Source: an uncultured Gammaproteobacteria bacterium (GTDB taxonomy: Bacteria; Patescibacteriota; Patescibacteriia; UBA1558; 2-01-FULL-52-15). Taken from it: a DNA stretch of 64,000 bases. Every line of letters begins with the position of its first letter. The first letter of the stretch is position 1. A program made the translations under genes and the position numbers. Under the pieces are notes generated by a model. That model did not search any database. It was not told the DNA's origin and saw nothing but the letters and a program-made list of their open reading frames with translations. The stretch is taken from positions 11,397-75,396 of the forward strand of contig CAYRBH010000003.1 of the NCBI GenBank assembly GCA_964422585.1. Reading direction: 5' to 3'. Below are positions 10,063-18,800 of the stretch, one piece after another.

Positions 10063-11904
10063 ATGAAATCCCCTGACATCAAAAAACTTGCTCAACTCAT
10101 CCGCTACTGGTCTTTGGTTTCAACGACCAAGGCTGGTTCTGGACATCCGACGTCTTCACTGTCTGCTGCTGATCTGATGGCAACATTATTTTTCGGCGGC
10201 TATTTTCGCTTCGATATCAAGAAGCCTGCCAATCCAAATAATGATCGTCTGATTTTCTCCAAAGGTCATGCCTCGCCATTGTTCTATGCCCTGTGGGCAG
10301 CGGCAAACGCTATTCCAGAGAAAGAGCTTATGACCTTGCGGAAATTCACTTCAAGACTCGAGGGTCATCCGACTATGCGCTTCCCCTATACCGAAGCTGC
10401 AACTGGTTCCCTGGGGCAGGGGCTTTCTATCGGGGTGGGCAGTGCCCTTGCCGCGAAGTATTTAGATAAGCTGCCGTATCGAACCTATGTGCTTCTAGGA
10501 GATAGCGAAATGGCTGAAGGTTCGGTGTGGGAGGCGATGCAATCAGCTGCGTACTATAAGCTGAATAATCTGATCGCCATCCTTGATGTGAATCGACTCG
10601 GTCAGCGTGGTGAGACGATGTATGGCTGGGACATAAGGAGCTACAAGAAGAAGGCCATCGCGTTTGGTTGGGATGTGCTGTTGGTCGACGGACATACGGT
10701 CGATGACATTTCATTAGCCTATAGCGAAGCTCTGGTTTCGAAAGATAAGCCAGTCATGATCATTGCAAAGACTATCAAAGGTAAAGGCGTGCGTTTCCTC
10801 GAGGATCAGGAAGGCTTCCATGGCAAGGCGCTGAATGAGCATGAATTAGAATCAGCTTTGAATGAGTTGGGTCCGGTGTCATTGACCTTGCGTGGCAGCC
10901 TAGAGCAGCCAAAAAAAGTTACGTTGGAAGTTATTGCGCCACAGAAAGCAAATAAGTTAGAAACTTTGAATGCGCGCTATGCGACCGATGAGTTGGTAGC
11001 CACCAGGAAGGCGTATGGAGACGCGTTACTGCTCCTCGCGAAGAGATTTCCGAAACTCATAGCGCTTGATGGTGAGGTTTCGAACTCGACCTATGCTGAT
11101 ATTTTCAAGAAAGCATATCCAAAGCGTTTCTTCGAGATGTATATCGCTGAACAGAATATGATTGGTGCTGCAGTAGGCCTTGCTCATCGCGGGTACATTC
11201 CTTTCGTTTCGACATTTGCAGCATTCATGACACGCGGCTTCGATCAATTGCGCATGGCACGCTACAGCGATGCGAATATCAAGCTCGTCGGCTCACACGC
11301 AGGCGTCTCGATAGGCGAGGACGGGTCATCGCAAATGGGGCTCGAAGATATTGCCATGTTTCGAAGTATAGAGGATTGCGTTGTGCTCTATCCTTCGGAT
11401 GCTATCTCAACGCATAAGATCATAGCAGAAGCAGCTCAGCACAAAGGCATGGTCTATATCCGCACGACACGCCCTGCAACGCCATTGCTCTATCCGGAGA
11501 GTCAGTCATTCCCGATCGGCGGCAGCAAGATCTTGAAGCAATCAAAGAAGGATAGCGCGACCATAGTCGCTGCTGGCATCACGGTGTATGAAGCATTGAA
11601 AGCCTATGAAGCATTGAAAAAGAAAAAAGTTTTTGTTCGAGTGATCGATGCGTATTCTATTAAGCCCATTGACGCCGCCTCAGTACGCCGCGCCGCGCAG
11701 CAGACTAAACGTATTATTACCGTGGAGGATCATCATGCTGAAGGAGGCCTAGGAGAAGCAGTGCTGGCCGCTCTCGCGCATACTACCGCGCGCGTGACCA
11801 TACTTGCTGTCAGAAAGATGCCGAGAAGCGGGAAGATGGATGAGCTTCTGAACTATGAGGGTATCAGCGCAGAGAGCATCGTTAAAGCGGCTGTACAGAA
11901 ATGA
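10063..11904 (+). CDS. tkt: Transketolase
   Basis: SGHPTSS, SKGHA, TGSLGQG, GDSE...N TPP motif, IAEQNM, GEDGSSQM. Confidence 0.95.
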   Translation: MKSPDIKKLAQLIRYWSLVSTTKAGSGHPTSSLSAADLMATLFFGGYFRFDIKKPANPNNDRLIFSKGHASPLFYALWAAANAIPEKELMTLRKFTSRLEGHPTMRFPYTEAATGSLGQGLSIGVGSALAAKYLDKLPYRTYVLLGDSEMAEGSVWEAMQSAAYYKLNNLIAILDVNRLGQRGETMYGWDIRSYKKKAIAFGWDVLLVDGHTVDDISLAYSEALVSKDKPVMIIAKTIKGKGVRFLEDQEGFHGKALNEHELESALNELGPVSLTLRGSLEQPKKVTLEVIAPQKANKLETLNARYATDELVATRKAYGDALLLLAKRFPKLIALDGEVSNSTYADIFKKAYPKRFFEMYIAEQNMIGAAVGLAHRGYIPFVSTFAAFMTRGFDQLRMARYSDANIKLVGSHAGVSIGEDGSSQMGLEDIAMFRSIEDCVVLYPSDAISTHKIIAEAAQHKGMVYIRTTRPATPLLYPESQSFPIGGSKILKQSKKDSATIVAAGITVYEALKAYEALKKKKVFVRVIDAYSIKPIDAASVRRAAQQTKRIITVEDHHAEGGLGEAVLAALAHTTARVTILAVRKMPRSGKMDELLNYEGISAESIVKAAVQK

Positions 11905-12764
11905 AGCCTTCGCATATTCATACGAAGATTTTTCTTGATTCTGGAGATCCTGCTGAAACGCAACAGGCACTCGATAGATTGGGCTTCCTTGATGGTCAGA
12001 CTACAAACCCGACCTTGGTAGCGAAGAATCCCTACGCGAAAGGGCGTTTCGACAGAGGGGAGAAGTTCGCCAGTCTGGAGCTACTTGAGTTGTATCGGAA
12101 GGTGGTCACTGACATCTCGAAACTCATACCGCAGGGTTCTGTTTCGATTGAAGTATATGCTGATGCTACGACCAGCGTCGAAGCAATGATATTGCAGGCT
12201 CGTGAGTTCTATGCATGGATACCGAATGCGCATATCAAATTCCCAACAACCAACGCTGGGCTGCTTGCAGCAGAGACGCTCGTCAAAGAAGGTATGCGGG
12301 TAAATATGACCCTGTGCTTCTCGCAGGCGCAGGCCGCAGCGGTCTATGGGGCGACGCGTGGCGCACGCAAGGGACAGGTCTTCATCTCGCCATTCATAGG
12401 CCGCCTCGATGATGTTGGTCAGAATGGCATGGATCTCATCGCGAATATCGTCAAAATGTATCGTATTGGCGATGGCCATGTCGAAGTATTGGCGGCAAGT
12501 GTGAGAACTATGGAGCATTTTTTATGTTCATTAGCGCTCGATGCTGATATTATTACCGCGCCTATAAGTATATTGAAAGAGTGGGCAGTTCTTGGTATGC
12601 CCTTGCCTGACGCGGACTATCGCTATAATCAGAAAGCGCTCTGGAATATCAAATATGAGATGTTGTCCTTATCCGGCGACTGGAGACGCTTCAATGTACA
12701 TCATGAGCTTACTGATAAAGGTATCAAAAAGTTCGCAGATGATTGGAACGCACTTCTGAATTAA
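11901..12764 (+). CDS. tal: Transaldolase
   Basis: IFLDSGD, GQTTNPTL, IKFP (Schiff-base Lys), VNMTLCFS, SPFIGRLDD, LAASVR. Confidence 0.92.
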   Translation: MKPSHIHTKIFLDSGDPAETQQALDRLGFLDGQTTNPTLVAKNPYAKGRFDRGEKFASLELLELYRKVVTDISKLIPQGSVSIEVYADATTSVEAMILQAREFYAWIPNAHIKFPTTNAGLLAAETLVKEGMRVNMTLCFSQAQAAAVYGATRGARKGQVFISPFIGRLDDVGQNGMDLIANIVKMYRIGDGHVEVLAASVRTMEHFLCSLALDADIITAPISILKEWAVLGMPLPDADYRYNQKALWNIKYEMLSLSGDWRRFNVHHELTDKGIKKFADDWNALLN

Positions 12765-12765
12765 T

Positions 12766-13374
12766 ATGAAACTCTACGACATCTCGGTAGTACTTTCGAA
12801 TGCTACGGCTACCTATCCGGGTGATCCGAAAGTGACGATCGGCCGCGGGCCGAAACCTTTCATCTCAAGTATTGCCATGGGCACGCATTCGGGAACGCAT
12901 ATTGACGCGCCGCGGCACGTATTCGCCCGCGGCCGTGGTATCGAATCGTTTTCTTTCTCCCAGTTTATGGGACCGTGCCGAGTGCTTGATTGTACCAAGG
13001 TGAAAGGTGGTATCACAGCAGCGGATCTTAGGAAAGCACGCGTGAAGAAAGGTGAGCGCATTTTGTTGAAAACAAGTAATTCGAGGAGGGGTTTCAAAAA
13101 ATTCTACCCCGACTATGTGTATTTGAGTCCTGATGGCGCGAAGTATTTGGCGGCAAGGGGCGCAGTGTTGGTAGGGATCGATGCATGGTCTATCAAACAG
13201 CGTGGCAATCAAGATAATCGTCCGCATATCGCGCTCTTGAAGCATACTATCGTGATCCTTGAGACTATCGACCTGTCCAAGGTACAGCCGGGTGCCTATA
13301 TGCTCATACTCTTACCGCTTCGTATCCAGAATAGTGACGGAGCACCCTCTCGGGCCGTGCTTATACAAGACTAG
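12766..13374 (+). CDS. Cyclase-family (kynurenine formamidase-like) metal-dependent hydrolase
   Basis: HSGTHIDAPRH (HxGTHxDxPxH), VGIDAWS, ILE, DGAPSRAVL. Confidence 0.9.
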   Translation: MKLYDISVVLSNATATYPGDPKVTIGRGPKPFISSIAMGTHSGTHIDAPRHVFARGRGIESFSFSQFMGPCRVLDCTKVKGGITAADLRKARVKKGERILLKTSNSRRGFKKFYPDYVYLSPDGAKYLAARGAVLVGIDAWSIKQRGNQDNRPHIALLKHTIVILETIDLSKVQPGAYMLILLPLRIQNSDGAPSRAVLIQD

Positions 13375-13398
13375 CTCGCTATGTTACAATAGGTAGAG

Positions 13399-14100
13399 AT
13401 GTCTATGCCTCAAATCTACTCATTCCAAGCAGACGGATCATTTCAGGATCTGCAGGATTTCGGGAAAAAGGTCTACTCAGTGCCCGATGATCGCATGTTC
13501 TCGCTCTCTGACCTCTTGTCGAATCAAGAGCGATTCATTATGCGCGCGTTGAAAGGCATGCGTAAGGGTAACACAGAAAAACTTAAGAAAAATCTGCTGA
13601 TCGGCGGTTCATGGCTTATCGAGATTGCGAATCGGATGCATATCGATCTGGAAGACTCGCTCTGGGAACGATTCCCTGGCGTCTGTTCATATTGTGGCAA
13701 TGCTCCCTGCATCTGTAAATCGATCAAACAGGAGCAGAGAAAGAAAGTACGTGTCGATGCATCGAAACGTCCGCGCAGTGTCGCGGCTTTTCAGCAAATG
13801 TTCAATACTATTTATCCGCAGGCATCGCGAACCATCTACGAAGCGGGCGTGCATCTTGCAGAAGAGATCGGGGAGGTGAGCGAAGCCATACATGCGTATA
13901 GTGGTGAGCATAAGGCTGAGCAATTCAGTGCTATCGAGGACGAGATAGCTGATGAATTCTCGTGCATCATGGGAGTGGCAAATTCAGCTGGCATCGATGT
14001 GGCGCAAGGCTATGCGGAGATGTATTATCAGAATTGCCATGTGTGTCATGAGGCGCCCTGTGTCTGCAATTTTTCCTTTATAACTAAGTTTAACTCATAA
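13399..14100 (+). CDS. Tandem-domain MazG-like nucleotide pyrophosphohydrolase with two Cys clusters
   Basis: C-terminal half has HLAEEIGEVSEA...EDEIADEF; each half ends in a CxxCxxxPCxC motif. Confidence 0.8.
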   Translation: MSMPQIYSFQADGSFQDLQDFGKKVYSVPDDRMFSLSDLLSNQERFIMRALKGMRKGNTEKLKKNLLIGGSWLIEIANRMHIDLEDSLWERFPGVCSYCGNAPCICKSIKQEQRKKVRVDASKRPRSVAAFQQMFNTIYPQASRTIYEAGVHLAEEIGEVSEAIHAYSGEHKAEQFSAIEDEIADEFSCIMGVANSAGIDVAQGYAEMYYQNCHVCHEAPCVCNFSFITKFNS

Positions 14101-14117
14101 TCAGTAACATACAACAT

Positions 14118-14534
14118 ATGTGGTTTACGACGGATCATTTAGTACCGGTGCTGGCGACGACGATCGTGGGCATGATCATTGGGGCGCTCTGGTACTCGCC
14201 GGTGATGTTCGCGAAGCAGTGGAAGGAGCTCGCCTTCAAGAATAATCCACCGAGTGACGCGCAAATGAAAAAAGATATGCCAGTCGCAATGCTTGGAATG
14301 TTGCTGGTCCTGCTCTTCAAAGTATATATTTTGAGCACGTTTTTGCAGATCATGGGTGTGACCGATGCATTGACCGGAGCGCAGTATGGATTGTGGCTTG
14401 GAGTTGGTTTTATTGCCACTTCTTTCACCGACTCACTTTTTTTCGAACGAAAGCCATTGAAGCTCTATATCATCAATGTAGGCTACCATATGGTCTCGAT
14501 GGCAGTGATGGGCGCCATTCTTGGCGCATGGTAA
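14118..14534 (+). CDS. DUF1761-like membrane protein
   Basis: IGALWYSPVMFAKQW and FERKPLKLYIINVGYH; 4 TM. Confidence 0.85.
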   Translation: MWFTTDHLVPVLATTIVGMIIGALWYSPVMFAKQWKELAFKNNPPSDAQMKKDMPVAMLGMLLVLLFKVYILSTFLQIMGVTDALTGAQYGLWLGVGFIATSFTDSLFFERKPLKLYIINVGYHMVSMAVMGAILGAW

Positions 14535-14582
14535 AGTCGTTACCTCACGTAGGACACTAGCAGGAGTAGTATATCTGTGAAG

Positions 14583-14605
14583 GGCCTTGTCTCACTGACA
14601 AGGCC
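14583..14605. terminator. Hairpin between convergent genes (possible bidirectional terminator)
   Basis: GGCCTTGTC-tcact-GACAAGGCC; U-tracts are weak. Confidence 0.5.
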
Positions 14606-14637
14606 TGGTTGTTATGCAGAGAGGCGCTTTCGGTGGG

Positions 14638-15384
14638 TTAACGAAGAAACGCGAAATAGGCGGTGATCAGTACAGCAAGGGTGATAGCGAAACCAACATA
14701 GGTGCCCGCATTTCGATAGTGTCGCGCTTTGATGGTTTTGAAGAACCAGAACAGCTGACCGAGCACTGCCAGCGCCGTGATGCCTACGAGTAAGCCCCCA
14801 GGCGGATCTTGATAGATGTGTGGGTTCGTCAGCAACCAATGAAAGATTGAAGCCGGAAAGGCTATATAGACGAATCGATGTAAGAACTTCCATTTCCTAC
14901 CCATCACCCGCATCGCCCAATCAGTCGAGGTGAGTAGCATCGCGAAGAGTATGCTGTAGGCGATGGTTCCGAAAATGATCGGGTTGTCGATAGGATTCCA
15001 GGAGTAGTAGAGACTTCCCAGGTCGCCGCCATACAGCGTGAATATGACGAAATAAACATGGATGCTGATGCAGAGTGCGCCAGCAACCCCGAGATAGCGG
15101 CGTATTCTCCAGCGGCTGGCATATTTCGGGTACCATTTGAAAATTGCGCTCGAAAAAAGGGAAGATGCTATCAAGGTAGCTCCTGCGAAGGCCGCGCCAT
15201 AGATGATATCTTCCGTGAAGGTCGAGTGCCGATTAAAGAAATATTGATACCCGATCTCGAGTAGCAGGAATAGAAGCGAGCCGGTAGCGAAGAGTACTAT
15301 GAAAGACCAACTTGCTATATTCAAGGTCTTTGTTGGTGAAGTCTGTGGCAGCTGAGCTGCTGGCGGTATTGGCGTAGCAGGCAT
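14638..15384 (-). CDS. Ferric-reductase-like / MsrQ-like heme-binding membrane protein
   Basis: RRYLGV, ISIH, LLTSTD, WKFLHRFVY, IFH. ATG at 15384 (TTG at 15390 is an alternative). Confidence 0.8.
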   Translation of the reverse strand: MPATPIPPAAQLPQTSPTKTLNIASWSFIVLFATGSLLFLLLEIGYQYFFNRHSTFTEDIIYGAAFAGATLIASSLFSSAIFKWYPKYASRWRIRRYLGVAGALCISIHVYFVIFTLYGGDLGSLYYSWNPIDNPIIFGTIAYSILFAMLLTSTDWAMRVMGRKWKFLHRFVYIAFPASIFHWLLTNPHIYQDPPGGLLVGITALAVLGQLFWFFKTIKARHYRNAGTYVGFAITLAVLITAYFAFLR

Positions 15385-15390
15385 AGGCAA

Positions 15391-15654
15391 TTATTTCCCC
15401 CAGCGCCAACGAGGCTTCTCGCCGGTGCGATAACAAATAAGGATCAAAACACTCGTGAGAAGTACGACCCATGCGCTATAGAGTGTTAGAGCGAAAGCGC
15501 TTGGCATAGCTTCTTCTGACAAGAACGACCGTATGAATAGTATCTCACTGATGGTAACTATACCCACATAGATCAAAATAATGAGCACGCCTTGCCAACT
15601 TGACGGGTACCAGCCCCAGCCATACCGTTTTGCCTTGAACCACAGTTTCTTCAT
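15391..15654 (-). CDS. Small 2-TM hypothetical protein
   Basis: MKKLWFKAKRYGWGWYPSSWQG...GEKPRWRWGK. Start set to ATG 15654, 6 nt downstream of a TACAAT box. Confidence 0.75.
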   Translation of the reverse strand: MKKLWFKAKRYGWGWYPSSWQGVLIILIYVGIVTISEILFIRSFLSEEAMPSAFALTLYSAWVVLLTSVLILICYRTGEKPRWRWGK

Positions 15655-15682
15655 ATCAGCATTGTACAGTTTTATTAGAAAT

Positions 15683-15711
15683 AAAACACTCCCCGTATGG
15701 GGGAGTGTTTT
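15683..15711 (-). terminator. Intrinsic terminator of the RRM gene
   Basis: AAAACACTCCCC-gtatg-GGGGAGTGTTTT just past the RRM stop. Confidence 0.8.
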
Positions 15712-15724
15712 GAGAGGTATAGAT

Positions 15725-16054
15725 TTACCAATCGTTTCGACGACCGCCGCCGCCATCTCGACCGCCGCGGTTGAAACCGCCGCCGTTCGATCGTGGAGGA
15801 CGTGCTTCCATCGGACGAGCTTCATTGACCGTCAGTGTACGGCCTTCGAATTCCTTGCCGTTCCACATGTCGATCGCAGCCTGCGCTTCTTCATCAGAAG
15901 CCATCTCGACGAAACCGAAACCCTTTGAGCGGCCGCTCATGCGATCAATGATGATCGTAGCGGACTCAACGGTACCAGCTTGCGAGAATGCTTCGCGCAA
16001 AGCCTGTTCGTTGGTGCTATACGGCAAGCCACCAACATAGAGTTTTTTTGCCAT
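15725..16054 (-). CDS. RNA-recognition-motif (RRM) RNA-binding protein with Gly-rich tail
   Basis: RNP2 LYVGGL and RNP1 KGFGFVEM; start at ATG 16054 (MAKKLYV). Confidence 0.95.
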   Translation of the reverse strand: MAKKLYVGGLPYSTNEQALREAFSQAGTVESATIIIDRMSGRSKGFGFVEMASDEEAQAAIDMWNGKEFEGRTLTVNEARPMEARPPRSNGGGFNRGGRDGGGGRRNDW

Positions 16055-16194
16055 TTCGTATGTGCTTACTTTCTTATATGTAAGGGCGACCTCTTCCTCT
16101 GGGTTCTTACATCCTGCCTCTAGTGAAGCAGTAATCCTTACACTTGAAAGTAAGCTAAGGAGAGAAAACCTATCGGAATACACTTACAAAAGGA

Positions 16195-16223
16195 AATATA
16201 CCACGTTATATCTATAATGTCAA
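16195..16223 (-). promoter_or_regulatory. sigma70 promoter of the RRM gene
   Basis: Minus strand TTGACA, 17 nt spacer, TATATT with an extended TG. Confidence 0.75.
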
Positions 16224-16237
16224 TCTAGTGGATGGCT

Positions 16238-16600
16238 TTACTCAGGTTTATGGCAGACTGCCTCAATGTTATTTCCGTCCATATCATGGACGAAGGCAGC
16301 ATAGTAATTCGGATGGTAGTCTTTGCGGATCCCTGGTTTGCCATTGTCCGTGCCGCCTGCGGCCATTGCTGCTGTATAGAATGCGTCTACTGCGGCTCGG
16401 CTTTCAGCTGCAAAGGCCACATGTGTGGCGCGTGCCTGTTCATCTTCTCCGAGCCAGAGATCTGGTTTGCCAGCGATACCGAAACCACCGGCGCCATCAT
16501 ACTCCATGACGAGCTCATAGCCTAATGGCTTGAGAGCCGCGAGGTAGAATGGTTTTGCTTTCGCATAATGTTTCACGCGAAGCGAAATGTGATCCAGCAT
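16238..16600 (-). CDS. VOC / glyoxalase family protein
   Basis: MLDHISL, HVAFAA, DNGKPG, YYAAFVHDMDGNNIEAV. Confidence 0.92.
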   Translation of the reverse strand: MLDHISLRVKHYAKAKPFYLAALKPLGYELVMEYDGAGGFGIAGKPDLWLGEDEQARATHVAFAAESRAAVDAFYTAAMAAGGTDNGKPGIRKDYHPNYYAAFVHDMDGNNIEAVCHKPE

Positions 16601-16640
16601 AGTATTAGTTGTTACTACTTAGTAAAGTTTGGTTGCCTTG

Positions 16641-17609
16641 CTATTTCTTCCGTGACGCATACCAGGCAATGGTTCGTTGCAAGCCTTGCTCGAAATTGTA
16701 CTGTGGACGATAGCCGAGGGATTTTTTCGCCTTATCTATGTTCGCATGCGTATGCCGTACATCGCCGACGCGAGTCGGACGCAGCTGCAGCGTTAATTTT
16801 TTGCCCGTATACTTCTCGATGAGCTTTTTCACCTCCAGAAGCGTGGTGCGCTTCCCGTGAGCGATATTGAACGCCTCGCCATTAAATTTTTTGGCCCTGA
16901 AGAGCGCTTTCATATTTGCCTGTACGACATTATCGACATAACAGAAATCTCGTGATTGCTTGCCATCGCCCTCGAGGAACCCTTTTTTCTTCTTGGGGAA
17001 GTACAATGACTCGAGCCACGCTGAAACTACGGTCGAATACGCTGCATTGCCATACTGTCCTGGTCCGAATACATTGAAGTAGCGCAAGCATACGGTATCA
17101 AGTCCGAAGAGGTTACTGAAGATCTGACAGAAAGGCTCCCCGGTATATTTCTGCACAGCATAGGGAGACACAGGGTGTGGAGGATTTTCATTCTCCTTCG
17201 TCGGTAATTTCTTCGCACCACCATAGATAGAGGATGAGGAAGAATAGACAACGCGCTTCACATGAGCGTCGCGGCTTGCCTCGAGGATCGCGACCGTCCC
17301 GACGATATTCGAGATCGTCGTCTCAGTGGGGTGCTCTACGCTATAGGATACGCGAGGTCGGGCAGCGAAGTGTACGACATACTGGGGTCTATGCTTTTTG
17401 AATATGCTTTTGACGAATGCCAGGTCAGCGACATCACCTTCATAGAAAACGATACGCTTGTCGACAGCGCTTCTGCGGCCGGTGGAGAAATCGTCGATGC
17501 CGATGACAGTGTCGTTCGGATAACGGTCAATATACTGCCGTGTGAAATTGGATCCGATGAAACCGGCGACACCAGTGACAAGGATGGTTCTTTTTGCAGG
17601 ATGCGGCAT
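16641..17609 (-). CDS. NAD-dependent nucleotide-sugar epimerase/dehydratase (extended SDR)
   Basis: VTGVAGFIGS, SSSSIYG, SPYAVQK (YxxxK), RYFNVFGP, RDFCYV. Start at ATG 17609. Confidence 0.92.
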   Translation of the reverse strand: MPHPAKRTILVTGVAGFIGSNFTRQYIDRYPNDTVIGIDDFSTGRRSAVDKRIVFYEGDVADLAFVKSIFKKHRPQYVVHFAARPRVSYSVEHPTETTISNIVGTVAILEASRDAHVKRVVYSSSSSIYGGAKKLPTKENENPPHPVSPYAVQKYTGEPFCQIFSNLFGLDTVCLRYFNVFGPGQYGNAAYSTVVSAWLESLYFPKKKKGFLEGDGKQSRDFCYVDNVVQANMKALFRAKKFNGEAFNIAHGKRTTLLEVKKLIEKYTGKKLTLQLRPTRVGDVRHTHANIDKAKKSLGYRPQYNFEQGLQRTIAWYASRKK

Positions 17610-17625
17610 AGAGTTGTAGTCTACC

Positions 17626-18225
17626 CTATCTTTGTCGATGAGACAACCGATTTCTTTTCGCAACCATACGGTACCTGAAACAACTCACAGTATGGTCATT
17701 GACCATACCGGCCGCTTGCATGAAAGCATAACAGATAGTAGATCCAACGAAGGTAAAGCCTCTGCTCCTTAGATCAGCGCTCATAGCGTCAGATTCGGGA
17801 CTGCGGGCAGGTATATCCTGCACTGTATGTCGTGTATTGCGTATCGTTCGGCGCTTGGTAAATTGCCAAATGTAGTTGTCGAAGGTTTTGAATTCCTTCT
17901 GTACCGCGAGGAATGCTTTTGCATTCTGCACGGTGCCGCGTATTTTCAGACGATTGCGTATGATGCCTGCATCAGTAAGCAGCTTTTTGATCTTTGTCTC
18001 AGAGTAGCGCGCTATCTTTCTATAATCGAAATTGTCGAACGCTTTCTCGAAGTTTTTACGCTTATAGAGTATGGTTTTCCAGCTTAAGCCAGCTTGGAAT
18101 GCATCCAACACCATGAATTCGAAGATCTTGCGGTCATTGTGTAATGGCACGCCCCATTCAGCGTCATGGTACTGGTTCATGAGCGCATCATTCGATGTCC
18201 AGCCGCAGCGATTTTTTTCTTTCAT
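17626..18225 (-). CDS. tag: DNA-3-methyladenine glycosylase I
   Basis: RCGW, YHDAEWG, FQAGLSW, IIRNRLKI, MVNDHTVSC. Confidence 0.95.
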   Translation of the reverse strand: MKEKNRCGWTSNDALMNQYHDAEWGVPLHNDRKIFEFMVLDAFQAGLSWKTILYKRKNFEKAFDNFDYRKIARYSETKIKKLLTDAGIIRNRLKIRGTVQNAKAFLAVQKEFKTFDNYIWQFTKRRTIRNTRHTVQDIPARSPESDAMSADLRSRGFTFVGSTICYAFMQAAGMVNDHTVSCFRYRMVAKRNRLSHRQR

Positions 18226-18229
18226 ATGG

Positions 18230-18772
18230 TTATGCTTTTTCCAGTAGGAATCGCTTTAGTTCTTTGAATGCAATACTCCTATGACTTATGGTATTTTTCT
18301 CATCTGTACTCATCTCAGCGAATGTTTTTGTATGCCCAGCGGGTTGGAAGACAGGATCCCAGCCAAAGCTCGTGTCTCCCCGTGGGGGTACGAGGGTGCC
18401 CCGTAGCGTACCTTCGAAAAAATGAATTTCTTGGGCATGTTTCGCATAGCCCAGCATCACTCGCGCCGTCGCGCCGTAAGCACCGAATGTGTCGGCAATG
18501 CTATATAGGCCGGCAGCTCCTAGGGTGGTCAGGAACCATTTGATGAGAGGCCCTGGTAATCCCTGCAGAGCGTCGAGGTGGAGTGAGGTATCTTCTACGA
18601 TAAGCTCGCCGTCTTTGTGTTTCAATGCTTCAGTTAACTTCGCCTGAATGATGACTTTTGGATCGAGCTCTTGTATCTCGGGAAGGTCCAGGGCGAATCC
18701 TTCTATGGCAGGCAGTATGGCTTGCGCCTCTTTTAGTTTATTCGGATTGCCGGTGATGAAATACAATGACAT
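18230..18772 (-). CDS. rdgB: Non-canonical purine NTP pyrophosphatase (Ham1/RdgB/ITPase)
   Basis: ITGNPNK, VEDTSL, LPGPLIKWF, FGWDPVF, KNTISHR. Confidence 0.9.
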   Translation of the reverse strand: MSLYFITGNPNKLKEAQAILPAIEGFALDLPEIQELDPKVIIQAKLTEALKHKDGELIVEDTSLHLDALQGLPGPLIKWFLTTLGAAGLYSIADTFGAYGATARVMLGYAKHAQEIHFFEGTLRGTLVPPRGDTSFGWDPVFQPAGHTKTFAEMSTDEKNTISHRSIAFKELKRFLLEKA

Positions 18773-18800
18773 GGTCCTATTCTACCCGACTTCGGTTGCT

